Source: a virus
Length of the DNA: 64,000 nt
Strand: one strand, 5' to 3'
IMG/VR virus record: IMGVR_UViG_3300039183_000005
Coordinates: 104,333-168,332 of that record
Below are positions 40,018 to 52,963 of this stretch, one piece after another; position 1 is the first letter of the stretch, and every line of letters begins with the position of its first letter. The notes under the pieces were generated by a model that saw only the letters and a list, made by a program, of their open reading frames with translations, was not told where the DNA came from and did not search any database. A program made the translations under genes and the position numbers.

Positions 40018-40982
40018 AATTTTTCTCCAGAAAGAGGGGCAATACCCCTAGACTCTACACAACCAAAATAAAGAACAAAACATTACTCTTAAGCATATAA
40101 TTGCGAACTGTTTCACATATTAGTCGTCCTCCGTTATATCATAGTAATTCATTAATTGTTTAGTACCGTCTCGAATATCTTTCAACAATTAAGAAAGCTC
40201 CAACGTATAAATTTCATCAATTTCATCAATAGCAATAAACTCATCCTTTTCGGGTTCAAAATCTATGCCGAGCGTTTCTATCACCTGCTCTTCAGTTGGA
40301 AAAATTTCTGACCAGAGCAACCATTGTGTTGATCCGTATTCGTGCTGATGATATATTGCAAAAAGCCTGTGTTTCGGACTAGGCTGCGATAATATCATTT
40401 TTGTTCTCCTAATTTATTTTTGTATGCCATAGCTACAGCTTTCCATCCAGCTAACTGGACAACAGAGTGAGCGGCTCCAACTTCGTAGTGGTTACCAACT
40501 TCTTTAGCCCAATCTGGTACATCCCAGACTCCTGTTTCCAGTTGGATTAAGTCATTGGAAACAGTATTTGCTTCTTGTGTTGTTAACAATTTTTGTTTGA
40601 TTATTTTCTGTCCAATCATTGGTTGTTACTCCTCTTCGATTACTGAATGCTTCGAGGCACTTATGATGGCCTTTATTTCTCTATCTGTTATTTCGATTCT
40701 TTCGGATGGATCGAATTCTCCATTTTTGTGAGACATGATGCGAATTAAACCGCCAGGAACTCGCCAGAATCCTATTCTACCAAAATGGGATGGGCTATCT
40801 CTAAGTAAAACTTCAGCGTGCGGTGGTCCTGCTACTGTAGCCCATTCTAGAATTCGTTTACGACGATCTTCTCGCTGTCGATTGCCCATTGTTTTTATAA
40901 TATTAAGATATTCGTCGTTGAATTTTGATTTACTTTTCACTGTTTTGTCTCCATTTACATACACATACCAAACTGGCTTATG

Positions 40983-41522
40983 TTACACGTTTGATTTGCA
41001 GTGGCATATATCCGCAACCAGAACCTCTCTCTCACGCTGTTGACCATGTTCATCCACTTCTGATGAAGAACAATAATCCGGATAAACAGCATCGGTAACC
41101 ACATCAACTTCAACTAGATCACTTGTTTCAAATAATCCAGCTACGGTATCGGAAACACATTCATTTCCGTAGAGGACACATACCAAAAGATCAAGCGACC
41201 AGGTTTGGTGTTTTTCAATACATTTAATTATTTCTGGGCCACCATCTCCAATAGATTTGGATACAGTTTCCTTATGCGTATACCCACTCAGAGCTTCAAC
41301 AATTGAAGCATTTGTCTCGCCGCAAGCAGTGAATTCAACAACTATAACAGGCCATTCATTTTGTTTGGCATGTTGTATCAATTTACAAATTGCAGGAACT
41401 ATACATTTTTCATTTCCCTGCATAAAGATGGGTTGCATGTCAATAATAACAAGTGTTCTGTCTGGCGAGTATTCGTTAAGTCGTTGGTAGGCAGAATGTC
41501 TGGCTCTTTCAATAATGTTCAC
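40983..41522 (-). CDS. Isochorismatase/cysteine-hydrolase-like protein
   Basis: LVIIDMQ..F; K; CV..T..GL; V.VV.DA. Confidence 0.7.
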   Translation of the reverse strand: MNIIERARHSAYQRLNEYSPDRTLVIIDMQPIFMQGNEKCIVPAICKLIQHAKQNEWPVIVVEFTACGETNASIVEALSGYTHKETVSKSIGDGGPEIIKCIEKHQTWSLDLLVCVLYGNECVSDTVAGLFETSDLVEVDVVTDAVYPDYCSSSEVDEHGQQREREVLVADICHCKSNV

Positions 41523-41561
41523 TGTGAATCTCCCTGCTTACAACAAATTTTTCTAAATATT

Positions 41562-41969
41562 TTATACCGGCCAACAATATGGTAAGTAATCCGGTTCTGT
41601 CCAGCCAAATTGTCCGTACCAATTTGGATTTTTACGAAGAAGATTCGACCTATGAGAGGCGTGGAACGCCTCATCGCCAAGCCACTTGGGATAAGTCATT
41701 TCATACACATCTAATGGATGAATAAACATGGTATTCTTATATCCACGTTTTATCCATTCTTTAATACACGTATTCATGTAATAGGCTATTGGTCCTGGAT
41801 ATCCCATCCACATTTTGACTGCTGGATGATGCCTCCATTTGCTGTCTGGCTTTATTCCAGCTACTATTCGGAAAATTTGTAAGGCTTCTACTCTCTGCTT
41901 TCCAAGGCGGCGCCAGTCTAAGCATTGTATGCTTTTTTCAATGTTGGAATATGGTAGAAATGTTTGCAT
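41562..41969 (-). CDS. Pyrimidine-dimer DNA glycosylase-like protein (MSMEG_6728 family)
   Basis: MQTFLPY...LD.RRLGKQRVEA.QI..HHPAVKMW.GY..W..RGY..WLG...HASHRSNLLRK. Confidence 0.85.
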   Translation of the reverse strand: MQTFLPYSNIEKSIQCLDWRRLGKQRVEALQIFRIVAGIKPDSKWRHHPAVKMWMGYPGPIAYYMNTCIKEWIKRGYKNTMFIHPLDVYEMTYPKWLGDEAFHASHRSNLLRKNPNWYGQFGWTEPDYLPYCWPV

Positions 41970-42947
41970 GTTTTATTCCATTAAGTTTTCATACAAAATA
42001 TTTTCTACAGACAGTATTTTACAAAGTGTTATACTTATAAAATCTTGTTCTCTTAAATACGATTTCATTTTATCTATTGCTTTTTCTGCTTCTTCTCGTG
42101 TGTTAAAAATTCCAATGTTAGCGATGGTGCTTACGAACTCGTTTTCTTCAGCTATTTTGCTGCGACTTTGTATTCCCTCGCAAAGCACAAGAAATTTCTT
42201 TTGATGAATCATGACTTTTTTCTACCAATAGAAATAAAGTTATATTCTTAATGGGGCCGCATAAATTATTTTAACATTATTTTTGTTCCCAATTTATTTC
42301 TTCTAACAAAGAATTTAAAAATTCTAATGCATTTAGTGTGATTTCATCATCGACTAACCATGTATCAAGACTATTATTATTACAGTCTGTAGCCGTTTGT
42401 GAATTCAAAAATTTTTGGATATCGTTTAATAACTGACATAATGATGGTGTTAATTCTATGTGTTGTTTATTGCCCATTTGTGTTACCTTGAATTATTTAT
42501 TTGAATCGCTTTATTAATTCTTCATCAGTATCAGCCACTCTCATTCCACATTTACTACATACATATCCATCAAATTTACCGTATTTGTGTTCTAAGCCGC
42601 CTAGAACTATGTTGTTGCCTACGTGTGCCACTGAATGTAGAACTGTAACATTAATCATTTTTGAGCATAGGGTACCAGTTCGTCCGCATTTTGCACATTG
42701 CCATGTTTTTGGATCAAACATTTTATTCCTCCAATTCTTCGTGGTATTCAGCAAGGCCGAAACGAGCCATTAGTTTCGGTGAACCGAAAACAAATTTCTT
42801 AATAGTTTTTGGCCACTTATCCATATTTGCCACAAATTCAACGTCGCCACCATAGCGATTGACCAACGCATTAAGTTTTTCCAAAAGTTTTGATTGGTTG
42901 GTTTTAATTGGTTTGTGGTGTTTATAGAATGATGCCATTTTCATTCT

Positions 42948-42974
42948 CTTATATATGCTATAAATACATTTGTT
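42948..42974 (-). promoter_or_regulatory. Variant of the phage promoter (AACAAA-N15-TATAAG)
   Basis: Same 15-nt spacing; lies just upstream of ORF 42723-42944. Confidence 0.45.
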
Positions 42975-42981
42975 CTACACA

Positions 42982-43644
42982 TTATGCATTGCATAAAAAT
43001 TTTTGTATATTAACCATACGCCATTTTCTCGGATCATAGACTGGAGCTGTTTCGGTTTTAACTGGTATTTCTGATAGTTTAAAGTGATTTGCTATAATTT
43101 CTATTAAATCTTCAACATAGTCGAACATATTATTACTAAGATAATCTGGTGAAATACAAAAGATAGCAGCTACAATTTGTGATTTCAATTCAATAATATG
43201 GTGGTCGGTGGTTGCTGATGATTTAATCTCACGATTACTTAACCAACTTTGTACACTTGTCCAAGACACAAATGCACCACAAGAAGAACTTGTATTGTAA
43301 ATCCACGTATAACTATCATACCAATTAATAGGAATATTATATCCCCAATTCGCACAGGTAATTTTAGTTGTGCCATAGTCACCAGATGGTTGACTATGGT
43401 AGTAATCATGATGTTCATCATAGTTCACGATTTTAAATGGAGTTGGAATTTTATTGTCTTTTACCAACCCATGGAGGAACGGCAAAAATTCGTGATGTTC
43501 TATCGTTAAGATTGCTGGAACAGTTTTTGGAATATGTTGCAGTATATTTTTTAGTTCATCTATCGGATTTTGTGAACCATTAAACCAATCGAGATCAACG
43601 CTAATTAGCGTTTTTTCCATGTTTATATCCATTGTGTATTTCAT
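42982..43644 (-). CDS. UPF0489-like (arginase/deacetylase-fold) protein
   Basis: SVDLDWF; EHHE; NYDEHHD; ITCANW; CISPDY. Confidence 0.6.
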   Translation of the reverse strand: MKYTMDINMEKTLISVDLDWFNGSQNPIDELKNILQHIPKTVPAILTIEHHEFLPFLHGLVKDNKIPTPFKIVNYDEHHDYYHSQPSGDYGTTKITCANWGYNIPINWYDSYTWIYNTSSSCGAFVSWTSVQSWLSNREIKSSATTDHHIIELKSQIVAAIFCISPDYLSNNMFDYVEDLIEIIANHFKLSEIPVKTETAPVYDPRKWRMVNIQKFLCNA

Positions 43645-44107
43645 TAAGTTCTATTATGTCTTTACCAAGGAATGTTACCGGTGTATTATAGAAGTCATCA
43701 AATGACATATATTCATGTGTAGGATAACTTTGGTATAATATTATTCCAACACACCGGCAGTGGACGTTCCAGGAGGTCATTGCTTCCATAATCCTCCCAA
43801 TAGTGTTCCCAGTATCGATTAAGTCATCAATTATTACATACCGATGGATATTAGTATTATTTATTGATTCGACACAACGAGTAGAATGGCTTCCCCCGTC
43901 ATGGTGTGATTCTTCTGCATCTATTGGTTTACGGATTGCAGCGTATGGTATACCAGATTGCATAGATACGGGGAGAAGTACTAATATTCCACTTATTCCA
44001 GTACCAACAATTAAGTCTACGCTACCGAATTTTGGATCATGTATCGCATGGCAAATTGTATCGACTGTTTCTGTTGGGTAGTTTTGCACATTGCTGAAAT
44101 AACACAT
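43601..44107 (-). CDS. Type I phosphoribosyltransferase-like protein
   Basis: GISG; IRK; PRPP loop YVIIDDLIDTGNT. Confidence 0.8.
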   Translation of the reverse strand: MCYFSNVQNYPTETVDTICHAIHDPKFGSVDLIVGTGISGILVLLPVSMQSGIPYAAIRKPIDAEESHHDGGSHSTRCVESINNTNIHRYVIIDDLIDTGNTIGRIMEAMTSWNVHCRCVGIILYQSYPTHEYMSFDDFYNTPVTFLGKDIIELNEIHNGYKHGKNAN

Positions 44108-44143
44108 ATATACACTCCAGCTTAAACAGTGAATATATTATTA

Positions 44144-44740
44144 TTAGAAATCTAAGCACTCTAATTCGTTGAGGCACGTGAATTGTGTTCCATCAACTAT
44201 TTTGCTCCATGATTTGTGGTAGTGTCCAAATATCCACAGACTGGGTTTGTGAATGGCTAATAGTCTTTCTAGAAGTTGATTTGTTCGAGATGTAATAATT
44301 TTTGGTGATGCAGTGACATGTGGCACTATGCTGAGTGGGCATTCGTGCGAGACAACAAAGTTAGGTTTGATCTTTTCGTATTCTACCATAGTTTTGTAGC
44401 AATCGGCCATGCCCAATTCTTCACCGGCCCACCAGCTTACACCTTCGGTTCTGAGGAAACGATCAATACTTAATCCACCACGGACAAAGAATATATTCCC
44501 AAATCCGGCAACATTATGAACACCATAATTCCCCAGAAAATGTGGCCATTTTTCTACTTCATCGTAGTTGTCGTGGTTTCCAGCTAATATCCTGTGTTGT
44601 CTTGCGTCAACTATTGATAAAGTAGTGTAGTCGAATCCAAAGTCGCCGAGCTGGATAGTCGATCGTGCTTTTCGTATTAATCGGTGGTATATATCGTAAT
44701 GTCCGTGGACATCTCCGATTATTCGAAAGTTTGCTTGCAT
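44144..44740 (-). CDS. Metallophosphoesterase
   Basis: IGDVHG; QLGDFG; GNHD; SHECP; FGHYH. Confidence 0.88.
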   Translation of the reverse strand: MQANFRIIGDVHGHYDIYHRLIRKARSTIQLGDFGFDYTTLSIVDARQHRILAGNHDNYDEVEKWPHFLGNYGVHNVAGFGNIFFVRGGLSIDRFLRTEGVSWWAGEELGMADCYKTMVEYEKIKPNFVVSHECPLSIVPHVTASPKIITSRTNQLLERLLAIHKPSLWIFGHYHKSWSKIVDGTQFTCLNELECLDF

Positions 44741-44760
44741 TACAATTACTTTACGGGTAC

Positions 44761-45138
44761 CTAGTTCTGAATTTGCGATACTACCTCACGAAATACTTGC
44801 TTTGTCGGTGCAATCCAATCGCTTAGGTTGACCATAGTGACAGTAAATCCAACGGCGGCGCATAAAATTGTACCAACTACTAGAATGGCGATTAAAGTGT
44901 TCCTAGCTTCGTTGTTTGTCACTAGACGCATAATCAAGATTATTGTCGCAAGACAAATTGCCGCCAGACAACAAAGGCCAAGACCCACTATTGTGTAGGC
45001 AAATCCACTATTAGCCGTTTCTTGTACAACCGTTTGCGAAATATCACTAGCGATTTCAAATACTGGACCGATAGCTTCTGCCATATCACCACATCTGTCA
45101 GCGAGATTGTTTACTACTGCGTTTACAGTATCACTCAT
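44761..45138 (-). CDS. Two-TM membrane protein
   Basis: Two hydrophobic segments followed by WIAP. Confidence 0.6.
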   Translation of the reverse strand: MSDTVNAVVNNLADRCGDMAEAIGPVFEIASDISQTVVQETANSGFAYTIVGLGLCCLAAICLATIILIMRLVTNNEARNTLIAILVVGTILCAAVGFTVTMVNLSDWIAPTKQVFREVVSQIQN

Positions 45139-46953
45139 AATTTTTTCCTTACTTTAAAAAGACTCAGGAAAATTAATAGAATCATCATCCTCTTCATCGT
45201 AATCATCTTCGTTGTCGTCGCATTCACTACAATTACATGCGCTGCCATAATTCTGGCCTATTTCCTGATCATCAATGGATGATCTTTCCCACGTAAGACT
45301 GCCAGTAGCGGTTTCTATCATCACCTTGTGAATTATTTTGTTTCTCATTAATTCCATCATCAAATGTAATGTTTGTCCCTTTGATTCTGTCTCAATACGT
45401 TCCGTGCCATTTTTTTGTACGAATTCATTTGCGCCAAAATTCGTACTATTTTTGTTCCAGATGGTTAGTGTGTACATTATTTTTCCCACCTCCGTCTATG
45501 TAGTTCTACTCGCAATGTTCCATCATATTCGTGTGTAATAGCTACGATACTGAGTGTTCTTCCAGATTTGGAAGATATTTGGTCACCAACTATTGGCCGA
45601 CAACATACCATAGTGGGCCACGCTTCTCTTTGATAATCATCTAGGTTTGTAAAACAAATTACTTTCATATTAACAATCTCCGAACATTTTTCCAATGAAA
45701 TGGGCACCCGCTATCGGTGAACCCCTCATCCGTTCATATGCGTGCCACAAATCTGCTAAATTGAATGATTTTTGTTGCCATTTTTCCAAGGCAAAATTCC
45801 AGAATACTTGTCTATTTGTCATCTCAACCCCCACCAGGCTAATCGGGAAACGGGAACGGAAGATTAATAAATTGTATGCCGTATTCCAGAATAGGACAAT
45901 TTTGTGCTTGACGATCCGCTTCCACCAAAGCTTCTGTTCTCTTATACATGACATCGCAGTCACCAAAATATTTAATCAATTCTTCGCTGTTGAAGCCTTC
46001 GCAATCTGGTCTATAAGTTATATTGTCTATTGCCATTGCGTGAGTAACGCGAAATTCAAATTCTCCGGGAATATCTTTGTGAACGGGAGATTTCAGAATG
46101 TAAATACCGTTGTCAGCACTCATGTTTCTTCTCCAAATACATACAGGCCAAACTGCAATTACGTCAAACATTGTTTTGCAGTGTTTTGGGAAAACTTGAT
46201 TGTTCAAAAATCAATTAACTCAAAAATTTTTAATATAATAGCGGTAGACAAAAATGCAGATAACCAAAATGTTTGTGTAAAATTCCATGGGTTATCTTTG
46301 TCCATATTTTTATTATGCTGTCTACTTCTGGTTTTTCCATTGCGTACTGTTCCCTATTTGCCTCTGTGTTATTGGCGTATTTATTAGGTGGCTGTTGTGT
46401 TCGCATTTTGTTCCTGCGATTATTGCTGCGATTAAAAATAATATACCTATAACAAAATATTTCATATTAGCGAAGCCTTGCCTTTTTTCATCAAGGATTG
46501 CTAAACATATTGAACACCCGATGGCAAACATCCATGCTAGACAAATCCAAATCCAGTTGTTGGAATTCATTTTTTGCATTCCTCGTCGAAAACCCACCCT
46601 AATCGACAAATTGTGACTTAACGCCACTCCCGTTGTATACGTTTACAACACTCATCATCGACTACCAAGAACCAAACAATTACTAGAGTCGTTAGTTCAA
46701 AGGTTTTAGGTTAGCATCAATTGATGGTTTCTATTCCGTTATGATGGTAATAACACCTTTTTCTTTATTACAAGGATCGATATCACACTCTATATCTTCA
46801 AAAAAACATATACCACAACTCGGACAATCCACTTCAATTTCTAAATTGTCGGAATGGTCCTTGGTAATTCTTCTGAATTCGCCCAATGTCATTTTGTTTC
46901 TCCTAAAAGATAGTTTGACAAGTGATGATATTTATCATTCTATCCATTCACAG

Positions 46954-47027
46954 TGGGCCTGGCAGGACTCGAACCTGCGACCTTGTGTTTATAAGACACA
47001 TGCTCGTACCAACTGAGCTACAGGCCC
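46954..47027 (-). tRNA. tRNA-Ile, anticodon UAU (CCA not encoded)
   Basis: GGGCCTG TA GCTC AGTTGGTAC GAGC A TGTGT CTTATAA ACACA AGGTC GCAGG TTCGAGT CCTGC CAGGCCC A forms a full cloverleaf; anticodon TAT at 46991-46993. Confidence 0.92.
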
Positions 47028-47074
47028 AACAAAAATTCCCGATGAAAACGCACCAGGAATTTTTATTATATTAC

Positions 47075-50000
47075 TTATTTTGTGGTTTTATGTGGAACAT
47101 GTACAGAATTTTCTCTACCACAAACAGTGCATGTCCACTTATCGGTATTATTTGGCCCCTTTCCCTTATTATGAACCCTATTGTTTTTTCCGTATCGCTC
47201 ATCTTGATATTCGTGAGAACACGTACATTTAAGAATCATTTTACCCCTTTCCAATTCTATCAAACTCGAAAAATTGTAGTGGTATGGAAATAGAATCCAC
47301 GCTCAGACTATTAAATCCTTTTTGAAATGCTGACGATTTCTTTTCTTGAAATTGTGTCAATTTTATGGTTCGGTCTAATTTCGCCGGTTGATTTGTCTTT
47401 TTTGTAACCAGCCAAATATGTGACAACTACATTGTTTTCATTTGTCATAACGATTTGACATGGACAATAAATTGATTCCTTTGTTCGTAAAACCGCCATA
47501 TCTCCACTTTTAATCATTATTTTATTTCCTTATTTCATTTCCGGTAGTTAGTTCAACCACCCACTACACAAGCAAAAACCGATGACTGCTAACGAGAATG
47601 TTTTGGAACATTACCCTTATGATATGCTCCATTGATGTGATTTAGACCGCGTACGCGATTACCGCAAAGTCGGCATCGACTTCCTATTTCGGTCATAATT
47701 TTTTCAGTTTCGCCGTTTTCATTTTTGATTTCGCCAACAACTACCATTTTACCAGCATGAATGTTGCTATTTTGCTGGCGTTCGTGTGCTGCCTCAAGAT
47801 GCATTCCGCGCTCAGAAATGGATTTTTTTTCTGTTTTTGTTGCCATTGTTTTATATCTCCCAGTTTAATACTATACAACCTGAGCAATCATTACTTTAAG
47901 ACATTCATTCATTGTTGATCGACACCCTGTCATTTCTTTGTTGGTTCCTAATATTCCTTGAAATATTTTGAATTGCCATTTATTATTATTTCGTGAGACC
48001 AAACCCAGACACGTCCATCCAGGTAAAGCATTATCGTGGTAGTAAACGTGTTGGTAACATTTTCCACTATACCAACGCGATCTTTCTACACGACACTTTA
48101 TTCCGCTAATTACTCTCATGTTACTATCCTATAATCAAGCCATCGTCGTCAACTTCGATCTCAAATGGAACGACATTATCACACAGTGCTTGTCCGTATT
48201 CGTTCATCTCCTGGTCTGCCGAAGTCTGTGCCTCCTGATGGGTGCGAAAGAACTTCACATTTGCACTTCCATCACCGCCATCTTCTATATGAAGCCAACC
48301 TTTAATTTTCACGTTTCATCCTCCCCTGACAGAAACCACATGCATTACATTTTTGACCTTCGACACCCCAACCAATTTTTCCACACGTATCACAGTTACA
48401 CTGGTCGTAATCGTGATCGTTTTGTCCGGTGTAATAACAACCACCACAAACCGTTAGCCACACTCCGTTTCGCAAGCGTTCGACAGTCACTCCACCACCA
48501 ACACGACACAACCAAACTCGCATATCACCAGTGTCTATTTTACAATCACGACACTGACCCTGATGTAGAGTTGGTTTGTTTCTTAATTCGTCTGGCGTAT
48601 ATATCATCATAATCACTCCAGAGATAGTTATTCGGTTGCTCTACCACATACTTCGGAAAATTTCGTCTCGCTTCTTTCTAAGGTTGTCCTCTATTTGAGA
48701 CGACGTGAGTTCTGTTGGAACAGTTGTGATGTTAGTATTAAGTAAATCTATTAGTGCTTGTGTTGGTGTGCCATGTTCATCGCAATATCTAATTGCTTCG
48801 TCTGGTGATATCGATAACCACATTTTGCTTGTGATTTTGTGTGTTATTTCTTCTACTGACCAATCCCTAGATTTGTCTACAATTGATCCGTTTTTCATCA
48901 AGAAAATTGTTCTAGATTTACTCAGTGTGATTACCAATCTAGTCAAACCAGAAAATTCTTCTGGATGCCTACAAATAATAGGATATGTTAAATCTTCGTT
49001 TGACAAAGACATTTTGTGTTGCTCCGTTTTTAATGTACGAATTTATCTATTATTGATTATGAATATCAGGTTGACACCACAAGGAATGATAGGCATGACG
49101 GAAAAATTCCATAGCAATGTGGATGTCTTGTTCTTGGTCGCATCCATGGAATTCTAATGTGATCCAGTGTTTATTATTCATTGATGGATATAAATGCGCC
49201 TCGAATTCTATTCCATCTTTTAAGTGTTGTTCGAATTTTTCGTAGAAGAAAGCAGTTATGAAGTAAAGCGTTTGTCCAGCGTTATTTTTTATTCTTATTT
49301 GCCAAAGAGAAGTTGCATTTTCATGTGGTGGAATTGGTCTACTGTCTGAATATTCACGAAATCCATGTTGTTCTAGCGATTTTTCCAGGTTCATTTTGTC
49401 CTCGCTTCTACTGTCGGATAAACATCACCCACTGTTTCGTCCAATTCATCTTGACAAGCAATGACAATATCACAAAATTCTATTAGTTCTGGGAATCTGC
49501 GACGGATTTTGGTAATGGCTGGGTTTTCTCCAGACGATTTTGGCTGCGATACTGCTTCTGTCAACCAAAAGCTTAAATCGTATTCGTGCTTATCGTCACC
49601 ATCAAAGTAAAAAGCCCATATACCATTACCACTCAGAAACCTTATTTTTCTGCGCAATCGTGACTGAGCTTTGTTCAACAAATCTACCAGATGCGGATAA
49701 ACCATCTGGTCCATCCACATACTTTTGACTTTACTAAGTTGTTCGGCAAAATTTTCTATGTTCTGAACGTAGTTGGATTTCATGTCATTGCTCTCATAAC
49801 CCGTTTATGGCCTCGCCGCGCATTATTATTACGATTTCGAGCACGCTTTAATTTCCGATACTCCCCTTTTCTCTGAGCGATTGCATCTGGATCGCGAGCT
49901 GCCATTCTTATTGCCGATGAAGAAATTAGACTGAATTTGCTTCCATCGATTCTTTTGGGCCTACGACTTGATGTTGCTCTCGATGATTTTCTGCGAACTA

Positions 50001-51017
50001 ATGTACCGCGTTTTTTGATCAGTTGTCCGTCTAATCCAAATACCATTTGGACTTCAGTTCTGTTTCTACGCCGCACACTGAAGCCAAGTCGACCATCTCC
50101 ACACTTCTGCTTTAGCCATGTTGGGCCACCGAATTTTTTACCGCCCTTAACAGGAACACAAAACTCGGATTGAGCTATTCCATGTTCGGCAGCCCATTCC
50201 TTGTCTTTGTTTTGTAGACGATTATATCCATACCCATTTACGCCTATCTTGTTGTTTGGTTTTTTATCTCCACGACAACATCGACATGGTTGTTGTTTAT
50301 CCACTTGATTACTCCAATCTGATACCTATAATTTTCGGAAATTCACTATCCATCTCTTCTTTGATTCTTGTTCGTAGTGCTCGAATTGCATCTTCGAGGT
50401 AGGTGTAGGATTCATAGTCGAAAGAATCAACTCCGATTTTTTCACCTGCGGAGTTAAAAACATCCCATACGCCCATTACCACATATTCATACATGACGTA
50501 CGCCTTTCATTGCGATGGTTTGGTTTTGTAATTAACATCTTCCGGTATTTTATAGAACAGATCAACCCACTTGTGGTAAGTATTCAAATATACACCGAAA
50601 GTGTCACCGATAGCCATAACTCTTTGTCCTCTTAGCCAAACCAGGAAGGTTTTGAAATCATCCTTGTGATATTTTTCAATTAATGCTATCGGTATTATTT
50701 TCACGCCGTTAATGGTGACACAGGCGCCATCTGGAACGAAAGATATTGGACTCACGACAAAACTCCTGTAAGTTAACAAGACACAAAAGGGATAGGGGGG
50801 CACGCCCATTTCGTTATACCATTTATTCACAAACTTCATAATCGTCAAGATATGCAACATTTGTAATGGTTTGATTTGTACGGTTGGCATAATCCGCCAA
50901 CCATCCATCGTCTGTTTCTGAATGAATTATGAATGATGGCCAGGATTGTTCATCTTTTCCAATCCTTCTAACTCTTACCGGCAGTCCAAACTGTTTCACA
51001 ATTTCCGCGATGGTCAT
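47075..51017 (-). other. Dense run of small hypothetical accessory genes
   Basis: About 13 contiguous 60-175 aa minus-strand ORFs; no family recognised. Confidence 0.55.
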
Positions 51018-51257
51018 TTTATTTTTCTTTTGTTGTAGAAGTCATCCGAAAGTCTTTGACCAAGCGATATTTCTGAGGAAGTGACCCCATCCTAAATGAG
51101 CTTTATAGCCCCCACCATTGGCCACTGATGGGGGTTGATAAAACACATTTTTAGTATAGTTTTTAATTTTTATATTATATCTAGTTCAAGTCACGCCGTT
51201 AATTCTGTTTACCGATCAACTTTTACTGCCGTTTAACCCTCTACGACAAAGGTGGGA

Positions 51258-51845
51258 TCAAACAGAACTTACAGCGGATGGTATCCATTCCATCGTCTCC
51301 ACTTGAACAGCATCCACTGCCATTTGTTCAAGTGACTCTCCAAGCTTTTTGGCTTCCCACAGACATCTCGCAATCCATCTTTTACACAAATGGATGTTGA
51401 AAAGTCTTATTTCTATGTGTAAACGATCACCATCCTTGTTGACCGGTCGAATAAATCGGTAACGACCATTAGAAAAGGATAAGTCTCTAGTACAATGAAG
51501 TCTTTCACGTCGTTTTGCCGACTTAAATCCCCCCTGTAGATGAGTGTACCATTCTTCCAAATATTCCACCAAAGAACTGCTCCACTCAGGAAAGTTTCCA
51601 GACATATGGACATGAAATCCACAAGACTGATTGCATCGTGCTCCAAATCTTTGGAGTATTGTTACGGAATCAAATACTTGTCCTCTATTATCCCAATCGA
51701 AAATTGGGCTGACAAATTCTCGCCCGCGTGGTTTAATGCTGTAATCTGGTATGTTTCTCCATCGTGGAATACATACTTCTTTCAAATTTTCGTATGTACA
51801 TTTTCCACGAGTTACTTCTATCTCAACTCCAAAAAGCAGAGACAT
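51258..51845 (-). CDS. Putative amidoligase (COOH-NH2 ligase) family protein
   Basis: FGVEIE; D.SI; EFVSP; NQSCGFHVH; IEIR; ATG at 51845. Confidence 0.75.
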   Translation of the reverse strand: MSLLFGVEIEVTRGKCTYENLKEVCIPRWRNIPDYSIKPRGREFVSPIFDWDNRGQVFDSVTILQRFGARCNQSCGFHVHMSGNFPEWSSSLVEYLEEWYTHLQGGFKSAKRRERLHCTRDLSFSNGRYRFIRPVNKDGDRLHIEIRLFNIHLCKRWIARCLWEAKKLGESLEQMAVDAVQVETMEWIPSAVSSV

Positions 51846-52963
51846 TTTAATATCCTCTAAGATCACCAAAAACAGCCTTCTTGCCCACCCAAACAATCCG
51901 CCCACTATATTCTTCGTCCTGTCTTGTAAAGACGATTCCGCATTTTCGCAAGGCTCCGTAGGTTAGGTTACCATTGCGTCTTTTGGCCACTCAAATGTGG
52001 TATCTTTCCACCTAAGGGCGAGCCATATCATTGGTCCAGAATCCCATATTTCTTCCTGAATGAATTCGTCGATTGTGGTACCATCTCGTAGGGTATACCG
52101 ATACAACTCTAATTCATCGAACATACCATATGTGCCGATGATTTTTCGTTCGTAATCACCATACCTCCCGCATTGTGGGCATTCATTAACTTTAACGGCA
52201 TTGGTCGTCAAAAATTCTTCGGCACACTTTGGTAGACCTTGCGGTTGTGAACATCTCATCCCCCTTTTCTCCTGTACTCACGACGATTATCGGCACGTGC
52301 TCTAGCAGCAACCTGTTTACGCTTTGCTACGTCCCATGGGGAAGGTGGGCCTCCATCGGAATATCTATCCGATACCAGTAAGAAGTCGTGTATAGGAAAT
52401 TCTGACACTTTTGGGATGAATTCGAGAAATGGATCAATCCATTCTAATCCACCTGATATATGTTTCATCGCCACCAATTCGGCTATCGTACCAAAGTAGT
52501 CAACTTTACGAGGTGAGGTTACTATGCCGACCTTTGCAGAATGACCGAAACATCGCTTTAGGAATACCAGTTGTCTAGCTATGTGGCTAGTCTCGACTGC
52601 TTTTACTATTTCTGAAAATAGCATATGATTTGTTCTCATTTAGATACTGCCTTAAGGACTACTCTTCCGGTTCGGCGCCATCAAAATACTCTTCGACCAG
52701 CTTCGCGTCTACCTTGTTCATCGTCTACCTCGCTTTCTTGCCTCGGGGGCGGGTTAGGAAATAGATCGCCAGACCAGAAAGATTTCAAATACTGAAAGTT
52801 CGGCTTTGTCTCTCAGGAGTTGGCGGATTCCCTCAAGAGTGATGTTTGTCAGATCGGCCCTGCTCAGAGCTTGCCTAACAACGGTCAGTTTTTCCGAAGT
52901 ATTCATCGGTTATTTTCCCAATTAAAGAAATCGCTGACACTTCTACACACCATGTGGCACGCA

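Noticed and set aside
40983-44107. NAD reconstitution (NARP-type) pathway
   Set aside because: No Nampt/NadV-like, NMNAT or PRPP-synthetase-like gene was recognised, and the PRTase is a short type I domain.
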